NCBI GenBank assembly: GCA_046563655.1
Contig: CM102286.1
Coordinates: 2,480,001 to 2,544,000, forward strand
Direction: 5' to 3'
Source of the DNA: Yuukianura sp. NJ FZ-2021
Taxonomy: Eukaryota
DNA: 64,000 bases
Shown here in pieces: positions 37,443 to 49,876 of this stretch (position 1 is the first letter of the stretch; every line of letters starts with the position of its first letter). Below the pieces are notes generated by a model, which saw only the letters and a program-made list of their open reading frames with translations, did no database searches and was not told where the DNA came from. The translations under genes and the position numbers were made by a program.

Positions 37443-37450
37443 TTTTTATA
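37443..37450 (-). promoter_or_regulatory. Possible TATA box of a proximal SPR promoter
   Basis: TATAAAAA on - about 530 bp upstream of the SPR ATG, followed by an A/C-rich UTR-like stretch. Not otherwise supported. Confidence 0.3.
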
Positions 37451-37687
37451 CTGGAGAGTGACAATCTCGAGGGCGGAAGATTTGTCACTCGTCTAATTGC
37501 TAGATTTTGTCTAAAGCCTTACGCTCCTAGATTTTCTTTCGCAAAATCTACCCCATGGGATTCCATTTTTCTTTTCATAGCAAAACGAAATAGGAGCAGA
37601 AGGAAGTCGTAAGAAGAGGAATGAAGGTTTGGTTAAAACGCGTTGCCGTTTTGTTTAGAACAAGACTCCACAGAGGCTTATTTGAAC

Positions 37688-38196
37688 CAGTGTTGGCGAC
37701 ACCCCGCCTCACTGGAGACGGGGATGGGGATTATTGGGGTTTTCCTAGCCCTCGGTGGTGGGGATTGTAGGGGATTTTTTTTAATTAGATCTTTCAGTTT
37801 TTTTAGTGTTATAATAAAACACTGTGTATAAATCAAGCAATGGAAATCTAAAATTGCGGTGGTGACTAATTTCATGTTGTATTCATATTATTTTTATATT
37901 TAATATACTTTTTATATGTATAATAATTATTATAATATATATTATTTATACAAGATAATATACGACATTCAACACCGAACTAACTTCAAAAAGTTTAGTA
38001 ACGATGGATAACAACAAAACACTAAACAAGATGGAATGTGGGTGGAGCTACACTGAAGAAGAGGAGCGACACTGGGTTTGCACAGACACTGCACATGCGC
38101 TTTAAGAAGGTCGTCAGAGCCATAAAGTCCCCGGGGATTTGGGGAAAACCCCAATCCCCAAGGAATCGGCAAATCCCCGGGTAAACGCCAACACTG
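37688..38196. mobile_element. hAT-superfamily MITE (509 bp)
   Basis: Perfect 11-bp TIR CAGTGTTGGCG...CGCCAACACTG and perfect 8-bp TSD ATTTGAAC (37680-37687 and 38197-38204). GGGGAT/ATCCCC subterminal repeats flank an AT-rich core. Confidence 0.93.
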
Positions 38197-41100
38197 ATTT
38201 GAACAGACCCGGTTGTCCAAAACATCAAAAACTGCCAAGTGAAACAAAGTCTTCTTCTCTTCTTTCTTGTTTTTAAAGAAATCTGAAGTTTCTTTCTACT
38301 TTTCTTTTCTACTTTTTTTTAACTAGGATTTTTTCTCTTCCCTGTTTTTAACTTTCACTCAATCAAAAAAAAGTTTGTGTCTACGCCAATTGAATTAAAA
38401 AATTCAAAGCCCCGCAAACTTTTTACTTTTTTTTGCTCCAAATTCAAAGGCTTTGTCAAGCACATCCTTGTTCTTCTTTTACCTCTTCAGAAAAAAAAGT
38501 TTTTAGAAAAAAAAGCATTTTTTACGTTACAGTTTCAAAATGACAAGAATGACGCGCACGTGTTTCAATTACAGAAACTTTTACCAGAAAAACTAAAATT
38601 TTTCTCACTCAAATTCAATTTCAGTTTTTTTTTTAAATTTTTTTTTTAAAAACCAAAATTTAGGCCACCTAAGTTATACACGTGCTATACAAAGCCAACT
38701 TAGCAACCTTAGCTTGAAACAAGAAAGCAAACGTAACTTTCTTAACTCAAGCATAGTCGAAATTCTTGTTTAAAAAAACGAATTTTAAAAACTTTCTATT
38801 TCGAAACCACTGGTTTTGTTTACGTCAATCGATTGCGTGGGGAGGCAAAATTTTGTTTCAATTTTTTAAAAATAAAACACAATTAAAAAAAAATGATATT
38901 TTTATATACAGAAACACAAGAGTTTCAAATTAACTCCATGCTGCGGTTGTCACGCAGCAGGATATTCAATTTCCGAAAAAAAAGTGACAGGTGACAGTTA
39001 CATTGACATTTAAAAAAAAAGTTCTTTTTCTGAAACCTGTTTGCAGTTTTGAAAGAAAAGAATTGGTTAATAATAGTTATGCACAGACGGGTTCATAAAA
39101 TGTTAAACTTAATTTAAGCCCTGCTGGTTTTGACAGACGGATTTCGTTTAGAGCTTTGCCCGTTTCACAAATGGGGGAAAATGAGACAACAGAACGGTAG
39201 GCAGACAGGCTTAAATTTCCATCACAGCAGGAATTTTGAAAATGTTTCAAATTCCCTCGCAATGTTGTACACGCTTTTCTAAGTAACGTGTCTCCAACAG
39301 GCTTTTAAGGTTCCCTTTCTCCCTTTGTTATTCAATTACTGTCACACACGAACCCGTTCGAACTCACTCGCCCAGTTCAAGGTTCGTTTCAAATGAAAAG
39401 ACTTACTGAAAATGTCAAAATATCCAACAGGACAGGAGCGGCGACAAATTTCTGAAAGTGGGTTGGTTCGTTCCGATTCCAAAAGTTCTGGAACTTGTCG
39501 CTCGAAGTAACCGACACGCGGGCTAATTCGATACGAAAATTAATTGGCGTTGGAGGTTGGGCGTTAACAATTTCCAAAAGTTCAAATTACGTGGCAGCAA
39601 AAGTTGGTACTACAAGTTTTCCTTGCTAAAACTTTTGTAATTTGTCAAGAATTGTTCTTTTGTCTTATTCCTTTCCAACAATGTTTGTCATCAAGGTTGT
39701 TTTAGCCAATGGGAATTTTCCGTTTTTCGAAACTTTGCGTGTTAAACAGTTTGCTTCTCAAATTTGTTTACTTTCACAGATTCGCACTTTCACTTTCACT
39801 TGCTTTGAAATTTTGGCACTTCCTAGAGGCGTTTGTAATTTAAGTCGAGGTGGAAGTTTCAACAGCAGTCAATCATTTTACCACAAACAAACAACTTTTC
39901 AGCGGCAGAATTCAAATCAGAGAGAAAATCAAAGTTACGATTTCAGGAAATTTGAAAATTTGGAGAAATTCGTAACTCTTTCTCAAGAGTTGCAATAACT
40001 TAATGTCAAATTTTGTCTAAAATTGCACAGTTTTGGTTAAGGTAATTTTGGTAACTGTGCAAATCACTCAAAGTCCTGGACGAGGTCAAATGTCATGAAT
40101 TTCAGCAAGGTCAAATAGCGTTTAGACACGACACGGTTTAAAAGTTCGCGGTTACTTTAAATTATTGTTCTGCCACTGAAATGGGTCGCTTGGTTCAGAA
40201 TAATTTCTTCTTGAACTAAAACTCTCGACGACGACGCAAAATTTTGGAGTGAAAGCAAAAACCAAAATGCACTTAAAGCTGTTGCTTTCTTCTTGGAAAA
40301 TGCAGAGCACGTCTAGAAAATCTTCAAAATCCGAGAAATCTTTTGATGAAATCTTGGAAATGAGAGGAAACCTTTTGAACTGAAATTCTGTTTTTGTTCA
40401 CAATGTTTGAAATTCTTGGTAAAATTAGTATGTCTGTTGAATTAGGTCGTAGAGCAGGTGGTAGAGTGGGAGATTTAAATAGGGCAATGTTCAGAAAGTA
40501 GCAGAAGCTCATCCATCTTTCCTAAAAGAGTACAAAAGAAGGCGATAATGTCATAAATGGGAAAGTTCAGCAGAAAATGAGCCTTGCTTTTATCTTTACA
40601 ACTATCAGTGGCAAAAAGAGAGCATAGGCGGGCATCAGCATCAACATGGACGCATCACACGAGTGATCTTTTACTAATGGATAAATTAAAATCCAGAGAG
40701 CTAGGGGTTTGCACGAGGGCGGAACATGGCAGGAGAAAGTAAAGGTGAAAGTGTGCTGACAAAAGCTTGTCTTTTCTGCTGTGTTTAGTGGAAAGTGGAG
40801 GAAAAGAGGAAGGTTGAGGAAACAAAGCAGTGTAGTACTTTGTGTAGGGTTTTGATGAAATTCTTTAAGAAAAGAACACTAGACTATAGCACTGAGAGTA
40901 AGAAAGTAAAAGCAAAGGACAGCTTAATTGAACTTGAGCGTCAGGATCTAATGAAATCCTACAAAAATAGGGATCTTCAGGGTTAGATTTCATCCAATTA
41001 AATGGATTTAATAGAATCGAGAAGAGGGATGATCTTTGATAGAGAAACGGGAAAAAAAACTTTCCAGTAAAAGAAAGTAGTTAAAAAAATCGGTGTCTAA

Positions 41101-44100
41101 ACAAACGTAAAATAGAAAAGAAAAGAATCAAGGAGAAAAAATCCAAACTAACGAAAAGAAAGAAAAAAAGTAGAAAACACACACAAAAGTTGGTGTGTAA
41201 AAGAAGCCGAAAAAAGGACTCCGTAATGCTAATTGTGAATCTTGACTTTCAAAATTGAAAAAAAATGATGAATGCAAAAATATAGTTAGAAATTTCTAAA
41301 ACTTTAAGAAGGAAACCAAAAACAACACGACGGAAAAAATCAAAACACTACGCAGAAGCTTTCTTTCTTGGAATTCTGTTCAAAATTCAACAAAAAACTC
41401 CTTTTTTGCTAATCGTGTTTACATTGAAATTTACGCAACCTTGCCGTTACAAAAAAGTAAACATTTTGTCGTCCATTACTTTTTACTTTATCTAAATGCT
41501 GTGAGAAAGATGCGTTATTTGCACATGTGACGACAGGATGAAGCACTCCGTCCAGATCCAAAGCATCTATATATTTTTTAGAAAACTTTTTTTTGAAATC
41601 GACAGAATTCTCAGAAAAACTTTTCGGATGTATTTATTTTCATTTTGAAAAGCTTCTCTCTAGCTTTCTATGGCCTACACCAGATCTGTCCCTATGACTT
41701 CTAAACTTTCAGAATTTTCTAACTACTGACAGTAGTACTGTGACTTTCCTAAATAATACTGCTGACAATGACCGTGTGGATTTGAGTTTATTGCAACTTC
41801 CGGAGACAGGGCGTTCAAAAGTAGTTTAGTTCTGTGAAGAAGTTGGAGGAAATTGGACATGCTGAGTCATAAAATGTTCTAGAGTCTATAAAACAGCTAC
41901 ATCCAAATCTTAAAACGTTTAGAATCCTACTCTGACAAACTGCACATCCACCATTTCGTTTTAAAAGGCGCCTAAAGCCATATCATTTGGTGAGAAAATT
42001 CAAACTGCGGTTCTTCCACCTCCAAAACTTTCTCTCATAAAGCGGATTTCTGGAGTGTAAATTATTTAGTATACACAACCTATTTTATTATAGTTTGTAT
42101 GGAGCATCCTATGAGACTCAAAGTCACAGGTTTTTGAACAAGTCCGCGACCCTCATGTACGGAATGGTCCGCACGACCTTGGTTATGGACCGAACCGAGC
42201 TTATTGTTCCGGGGATTGAACGTGCATTTAAACGCATTTTTTTGAAAATTTCAAAAACCGGCGAGTGAATCTTAAAAACGCCGTGAAAAACACATAAGGG
42301 TACGGAAAAATCCGAGCAAGAGACAAATGTCATAGCATGAAAACAGAAACGTTGAAGTTCTTCTTTCAACAGACGAGTAATTTATGGTAGTTTTTTGAAT
42401 GTGTGAGTCAGTGTTCTGAAAATTCATTTGACAGGTCGACCATGTTTTAGAAAAATGAACAGTTTAAGGTTCTGGTAAATTGGACACATGACAAGAATGT
42501 TTTAGAAAATGCGTACAATATGACTTCAAATTAAAAATCAATGAGACATTTCAACTCATCGATTTATTGACTACTCCACTAATTCAAATTCATAACTTAC
42601 GAGTGTAATCATTTCCAAAAAAAAAGCTTTTAAAACTACCGCTTAATTTTTCAAACTCAAAATACACAAAACTGGTCGCCGAAACCCGCGTTGCCTACAT
42701 TCAATTAAACTTTTAAACTAGTTACATTTCACCCTGCATCAAATTTTCCCAGAAAACAAATGTATGGTAATTTTTTTTTATTGTAATGAAAAACTTGAGC
42801 TTTTACCATTTCTGAACAAGGCCAAAGGTCATAAGGTCACAAAAATGAATGAAACAAAGTATAATGTTACTTCGGTGTAATATGAGATTAAATTAGTGTT
42901 TGTATAAGCCTGTGAGATGTTCTGATAAATAAAAATGCGACGACAACATCAAATCATCTTCCATTAACTAAATTAATGCTACCTGCTTGCCTTTTTTTTT
43001 AAAAAAAGCATGTGTAGGAGAAAGGCTAATCCACAACGGTGTTTCAACGAAATTGGGCGGAAATTGTAAGGGACAAAGTAGTCAAATAATTGTTTATAGG
43101 TTAAAATTTTTGAAAACATGCAGAATTCAGTGGCTGCGATTTCATGAAATGTGTTTTTTGTTCACGCAATGGCATATTTAGGACAATTTTTAGATTGTTC
43201 AAAATTTTTAAATAGTATTCAGAGGCGAAATTCAAATGATAATGCAAGCTCACGGAAAAAAAAATTCACCAAAAAATAAAATCTTTTTTTCTTACCGACC
43301 AAAATTTAGGCGGATCCTATTGTGAACAAAATTGAAAACGCGATGATTTTGCTTTACAACTTCCTTGTTTTTTTTAAATATTAGAATGCGATGGCACAAA
43401 TTCTAAAATTGACAAAAGCAGACTGTTTTTGGTTTTCAAAAATTGTCGTTTTTTATAATTTTGAAATTGGAGAGCTTAGGTTTTTAGAAAAGCTTGACGA
43501 CAGTTGCCTAAGAAGAGACTGTTCGCGTAATGTTGGTTGTTGTGTGGTGAAATAGGAGTCAACTTTCCCTTTTCTCCCGGGGTCACACAGAAGCATGCAG
43601 GCGCTGTTTTGTGCACAGGCGTACAAAATCCTTCAAAAACTTCTCTGCTTCAATTCACACTGGAAAGTCTGGTTCTTCTAAGAAAGATTTATGAAACCAA
43701 AAATAATTGAGTCACTTTATATTTTCCTTTTTTCGAAAAAAAAAATGTCGTCCTCCCTGGACCAAATTCAACGAGAACGGATTTTAACCTTAGACTTCCA
43801 CATGTTACTCAAAGATGAAAAAGTAGAGAGAGAAAAATCATTACGGCCACGGACCATTAATTCCAGCAGCAGTAGGAAGTAGAAAAAACAGGAAGAAAAA
43901 TCCATGTAACTTTGTGAAAGCAATCACTTAATAGTCATTTGTCAAAATAAATACCCAATGTCTCCCTCAACAATTTCTCATTCTGTTATTTTTATGCCTT
44001 CCTGTTATAAATTTCTGAATTTTTACATTTTCAAAAAATTAGTTCAACCCAGTTTAGTTCAACAACTACTTCATCAAAAAAGCAAAAAACTTAAACAATT

Positions 44101-44145
44101 CTTTAGAAAACAGAAAAAAATGATCAAAAAATAGTCTCACGTGGC

Positions 44146-44155
44146 TATATAAAAA
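44146..44155 (+). promoter_or_regulatory. TATA box upstream of the DUF3472 gene
   Basis: CTATATAAAAAGG about 280 bp upstream of the ATG at 44434. Confidence 0.5.
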
Positions 44156-44433
44156 GGAGTTAAAAATGACCTGAACTTCAAGCATTCTAAAAATCTTTTT
44201 CTCTTGCGGCCTTTACATTTTCCAGAATTATTAACAAACTTACTTGTCCCAGATTTAGTGGTGAATTTACTTGTTCCACATTTCACAAAATGACATAAGA
44301 ATCAGAATTGAAAAAAATGGGTTAAGGAGATCCAAAAATTATACACCGGAATTTTAGAATTAACTTTCAGTCAAATTCAAAAATTCTCCTGATTCCATTT
44401 TTGATTGTAAAAAATTCTGTTGTCAGAAATAAA

Positions 44434-45855
44434 ATGCTGGATTTGGCCAACAGTGTTTGGGTTTTTGCTGTTGGTCTAAATTTGATTTTTGGCGGAATGG
44501 TGAGTTAGAAAATACAAATAAAATAGTTTTCCTCCTTGTCAAATTTTTTGGCCAATCCTGTGAATACAAGTTCGTCATTATTGAAGATTTGCAATGCTGC
44601 TGACCGTGAAGGAACTGAAATTCCGCTTGGCGGTAATGGTTTCATTACGCGGAGGGGCGGCGAAGATACTGATACTTTCATAGATGAAAACGGACTTATA
44701 AGGTGGTCAGAGATGGAAACCATAGTCAGCGTCTATTTCAAATTTGCAACTCCCCAAGTATTTCAAGTGGCCCTTAAGGTCAAACCCTATGAACTAAGTA
44801 AGATACAAGTGACCATAGGGGCCAAACAAGTTTATACAACAATCAAGGGCAGTAAACCGTACACCAAATCTGTCGGGACTTTTGTTGTTCCCAAAGGTTA
44901 TGTCAAGGTAGACCTTCAAGGGATTTCCAAAACTGGCTACTACTACGCAGACGTAGAAGCCTTGGTCCTCTACAACGTCACTGGCAAAATATTTTACATA
45001 AAGGACAAATCGGATTTTGAATTTGGCAGACGTGGACCCAGCGTCCATATGAACTACAGACCAAAAACGACGAAACCCATTGAATATTTTTACAATGAGG
45101 TTTTTGTACCCAAAGATCAAGATATTTACGGTTGTTACTTCATGGTGGCAGGATTCTCTGATGGCTACTTTGGATTCCAGCGTACAGAACCAGATTACAA
45201 GAGAATACTGTTCTCCATTTGGTCAGATGCTGCAACCGATGACCCCTCCAAGGTCAAAGAAGAAAATCGCGTCAGACTTTTAAAAAAAGGACCAAACGTT
45301 CAACTTGAAGATTTTGGAAGTGAGGGATCTGGAAGAAAAACTAGTTTGAAATATGACTGGAAAACGGAAACGAAATATGAATTTTTGGTTTTTGGCGCTC
45401 CATCGCCAGATGGAATGGGAACAAACTATACTGGGTGGTTCAAGGCTAAGAGAGATACGAAGTGGCATCTCATTGCGAGTTTCATGAAACCAAAAATATC
45501 TCATAATTTGGAAGATATTTACTCTTTTTCTGAAAATTTCATTCCAGAACAGGGTTACATTCCGAGAAAAGTTCAATTTGGGAATCAATGGGTGAGAACA
45601 TCGGATGGCAACTGGCATGAAGTGACCAAGGCACTGTTTACGGGCGATGCAACGCCAAAGAATGGCCGAGAAGATTATGCTGGTGGAATGACCTCGGATT
45701 CTAGAATGTTTTTCCTTATGAATATTGGATTTTTCAATGAGAAAGTTGACACTGACCAAGAATTCACAAGGCTAAAGGGACATAAACGACCAAAGGTCAC
45801 CATATCTGAGTTGCCCAAATTTTCCCAAAATTTTACCAGTTTTAGAAATTCTTAG
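44434..45855 (+). CDS. Secreted DUF5077 + DUF3472 domain protein of bacterial (Bacteroidetes-like) type; exons 44434-44499 and 44587-45855
   Basis: Exon 1 is MLDLANSVWVFAVGLNLIFGGM|gtgagt, followed by an 87-nt phase-0 intron and one long exon. That exon carries motifs I recall from the bacterial family: PLGGNGF, GYVKVDLQG, FGRRGPSVH, EYFYNEV, YFMVAGFSDGYFGFQ, RILFSIWS, FGSEGSG, WHLIASF, YSFSENF, FGNQW, FTGDAT, DYAGG. Confidence 0.85.
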
Positions 45856-48677
45856 AACTGTCTTAATTTTACAGAAACTTAGGAATTGGATTTGTCAGAT
45901 TTTGTTTTTCTCTTTGAAATACAGTTCTAATGACGAAATATTGCAAAAAATTATGGAATTTCAAAAGTTGTATTCAAAGTTCTTTTTGAATTTTGAAACC
46001 AAAAAAAAAAGAAGAAGAGCAGCTAGCTGATATGACAAAGGAGTGTCTGGATTTGAGGTTTCACGTGAAATAGTGAAAGTAAGACAGAGAATTTCGTAAA
46101 GTGCGAAGGTGGATGGTACCAGAAAAAATTTTTTGTTCTTTTTTTGCGGAAGTGGAACTGATGTCGACCTCAATGTGGTTTCGAGATTCATACGAGGGTA
46201 GAACATTTGAAAAAATATTGGCGCGGAAATTCAACATCTCGAATTTGACCATTCCCGTTTCAGAAAAATACGGAGATTGAGTTTCGTTCTATTTCCGGCT
46301 TGCAGTACTGCATCGTTAAGGTTTCCAGCAAAAATAACAAGAAAAAAGTGTTGAAAACTTTTTCCTTGAGCATCTTAATTTCCATCCAAGGAAATGGCCT
46401 TCCTTCCGCTTCCTGCTTTTCGAATCCCTGCAAGCGTTTTGTGGAAACTACGTCTAAAGTGACACGTTTCTAACCAGCCACGACTAGAAACTCTTCTCTT
46501 GCTTCTAGTTTTGGTTCTAATACCTTGAAATAGCCCTAGAATTCACGTTAAGCCGAAGGCCCAATAGACAAAAAGTGTCGAGGCGTGTCTAATTGCAGCT
46601 TCTGGTCAAGACGTGTGATTTAACTCCACTGAGAGATTGAAATGGAGAACCAGGCTACCGAAGATGCAGTAGAAAAGAGCCGGAAGCGCTTCAAGAGGTA
46701 GGTTTTCGAGTTTTGCAGGAAAAAAAAGTTGCAATTCAATATTTTTTCTTCGTAAATCATAAAGAAGAAGTTTTTCTTGTGAGCTGGATACTGCTGTTGA
46801 CTTCCGTTGCTGGCTGTGTTTCATGACTCGACCGACCGTTAGTGAATTTGTTGCCAAAGACAAACATAGCGTGAAACGATGAAACTGACAAAGTACAATG
46901 CCGGTTTGGTCTTCCTTGCAGACAATTTCAAAATACAAAAAAGATATGTTCAATTTTAACATACAAAAAAGCTGTGTTCGACTTTAACATTGTAAGAAAG
47001 ATATGTTCAAATGTACAAAAGTGGAAAAGTGCCAATTCCTGCGTCATAAACTTTTATAATCCTAAAAAAAATCAACCAAACAAAATTTCTTTTTGAAGCA
47101 AATTTTGTTTTTAGAGAAGCTGCAATATGTTTTACTCTTTGCTTTGTGTAAAACCAGAAATAAAAAAATGAATTGTATTCATAAAATATGTCGAAAATAA
47201 AAATACTCAGTGCATCAGCGTATATATGCGCATGAGCATACATGTGCATCCGAACGGTACATCCGAATACACTTAAACGTTCAAAAAATTTACATAAAAA
47301 GAGAAAGTGAAAAATGTTTATGTAATATCACATGGATTTTATTTTCTGTACGTTCAATCACCTCTTCTCTGATTGTTTTCAAATTTTCCCTCGAATTTTC
47401 AAATTGTTGTTGTTAGAAAGCTTCCTGACGGAAACTGAATTTTTCTGGAATTGTAGGTTGTGCATGTATTTGAATTCCAAGAACATGTTATGCTATGAAC
47501 ATGTCGAGGCAATAAAATCTGCATTTTTTAAAATACACTGACTTGAAAAAAATGGTTTTTGCAGTGTAGCGTCTCAGATTTAGTTTTCACTACTGTAGTA
47601 AGTAACGTTTTGCTGAAACAGTGAAGCTCTGTTGAAGGAATTCCTAAAATCCAGACTGCAACGGCAAAGTCACGTTACTTCAAAGCGTTTTGAAGGAAAA
47701 GAGTTGAATACCATGACCTTTGACCTTTCCCAAAAATTTTACATTTTCTACTCCACTAATGCCCAAGATCACATCAACTCGAGAGTTCAATGCCTTTCAC
47801 TTTCATTCATTTCAATGTCAGACGAAAGTTGCTTCCTTTGCCTTTTGCGACACAAAGTACTGCACTTTAAAAAATTCCCGCCAAAAAAGCCGTGTTTTGA
47901 AGTTTGAAAACATGGAAGCTAGGTACATCCTTGACATAGAACAGTCACTACGTAATTGGAATCCAACAGTCAACATATTAGTTGTCAACAAACGCTGTAC
48001 GATGCTCAAAGCGACATGAAAAAAGACATCTTCTGAAATTTCCTTTTTCTCTTTTTCAAAAAAGTCAAAAGTGAAATAAAATGTAAAGCACAGATAACAG
48101 AACTACTTTGTTATGTACGTATTTACCTGTTGAAGAAAAGAATTCTTCTGTTCTGGAGAAAGTCAGGAGCTGGAGGGAATACACATTTTTATACAAGCGA
48201 ATCTTTTTGTCTGTTTTATATAAAAAATGTCGTTGAAAAGAGACATTTTGTGCAGGAAAAGTTCATATTTACATTCCATTTTACACTGCTTTCTCCATTA
48301 TTCACGACCCAGAGTTGTATCGTGTCTAAAAGGCCCATTTTGTAGTGAGTTGTAAGTGTGTCTTTTACTATCTTTTCTATGAAATTTACAATGCACCTTA
48401 ACGTTTCTCTTTGAAATCTTTAAAAACAACCGCGCTTTTCACTTTCAAATGGAAAATCAATCTAGCGGGGAAAAGCGAAATGGCTTCTACTAAGGCTTCA
48501 GTACTTTGTTTTTTATTCAACAACGATGATAAGATGTTCTTTTTCAGAAACCTAAATTTTTAAAATGAACTGAACACAAAATCAATCATATCAATGAGGT
48601 ACATAAAACAAACTTTGCCGTTAATGCGCAGGTATTAAAAAACAGGTTTAAAATAGAAACTCTTAAAAATATTTTTA

Positions 48678-49876
48678 TTCAATTCAATTCAATTCAATTC
48701 AATTTATTTGATATTGGCCTTTTGCCCTATCAAATTACAATCCTGCAGCTCGTTTAAGTTAAATAATAAGTAAGATAATCAGTAAAATACGTAATAATAA
48801 GAAAGGAGCTTAGCGTAGTGAAACATGTCAAATAGTCACAAAGCATGAAAGTGGAATTATAATGATAATGAGTCAAATTTGAATGAAAATTGTGGTAGGG
48901 TTTTATCTACGGGTAATTGAGGTGTCCCAGGGATCCTGGTTCCTTTGTCTTCCCGGTTTATCGCTCCAGGGTTGGCTCGAACATTGACAGAACTGTGTGG
49001 TTCATATTTTGAAGGTTTTTGACAAAGTTGATCTCGGTGGCGTGTGCATTGGCCCAGCTAATCGGACATTGGTACAGCGGGATGTGCAATTGGTTTCTGT
49101 GTGTAGTAGTCTGAGGGCAGGTCCATAGAGCATGGTAGTATGATAGTTGGTCCCCACAGAAACTGCAGAACTTTTCCTTGAACTGGCCGAGATCGAGCCA
49201 TTTTCGGTTGTGGTAAATCTGGTTCATGTTCAGTCGGATCTGCATAACTGTTCTGGTCAGGTAGGCTGGGAACCGTTTGGATAATAATTCCTTCGCCGGG
49301 AATTCATCCGCAATGGTTGAGTAGTGAGGAATGGAACTGGACTGCGATGCACTTCTTTTATCTGTTTCGCGGTAGAAATTCGCAAGGTTCTTAAGTATTG
49401 TTTTGGTTTTTGCTCTGATGTCATTTAAGTTTCCATCGTCGTAGGAGCCCTCTTCCCCAATTTGAGCAAGGGCAGCTCTAAGCTGTAGACACCAACTGTA
49501 TTTTTGGTCAGGATGGAGAAGCGAGACTTTCCTTAGTTGTAAATATGCGTTTTTTGTGAGGTCAGAGCAAGATTTGGAGTAGAATTTTGTGAACAAGTGC
49601 CAGGCTCTTTTGACTATTTCGAATTCTAAAGGAAGAGATTCGGTTTCCAGCCGTATGAAGTATCTAGGAGTAGTGAACGGTAAGTGGAAGACTCGTTTGT
49701 AGTAGCTTTGTTGGACCGTTTCTACGGTATTAGAGTGGAGCAGACCCCAGGTTTCACAGTTGTATAAGGATGTTGATGAAACAAGTGAGTATAGTAGCCT
49801 CTTAACCGTCCATAGGTCAATGTAAGCAGATTTCTTAAGTAAGCTAAAAACTGCTCCTTGTGCTGAAATTCCTTTC
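48678..49876 (-). mobile_element. 5'-truncated non-LTR retrotransposon (LINE): ORF2 C-terminus, 3'UTR, (ATTGA)n tail, 13-bp TSD
   Basis: Uninterrupted ORF to stop at 48958 with post-RT motifs LYNCETWG, PRYFIRLET, QIRL and a CCHC finger (CSFCG..HALWTCP). The tail is AATAAA(TTGAA)n at 48678-48708. AAAAATATTTTTA is duplicated at 48665-48677 and 49877-49889. Clade not firmly assigned. Confidence 0.92.

Noticed and set aside
44536..44586. ORF-track start (TTG, MSNFLAN..) for the DUF3472 gene
   Set aside because: It lies inside the predicted intron. The spliced ATG at 44434 gives a signal-peptide-like leader.
45280..45759. Antisense ORFs overlapping the DUF3472, SPR, DNALI1 and LDLa genes
   Set aside because: They are shadow ORFs of genuine coding strands with no independent evidence.
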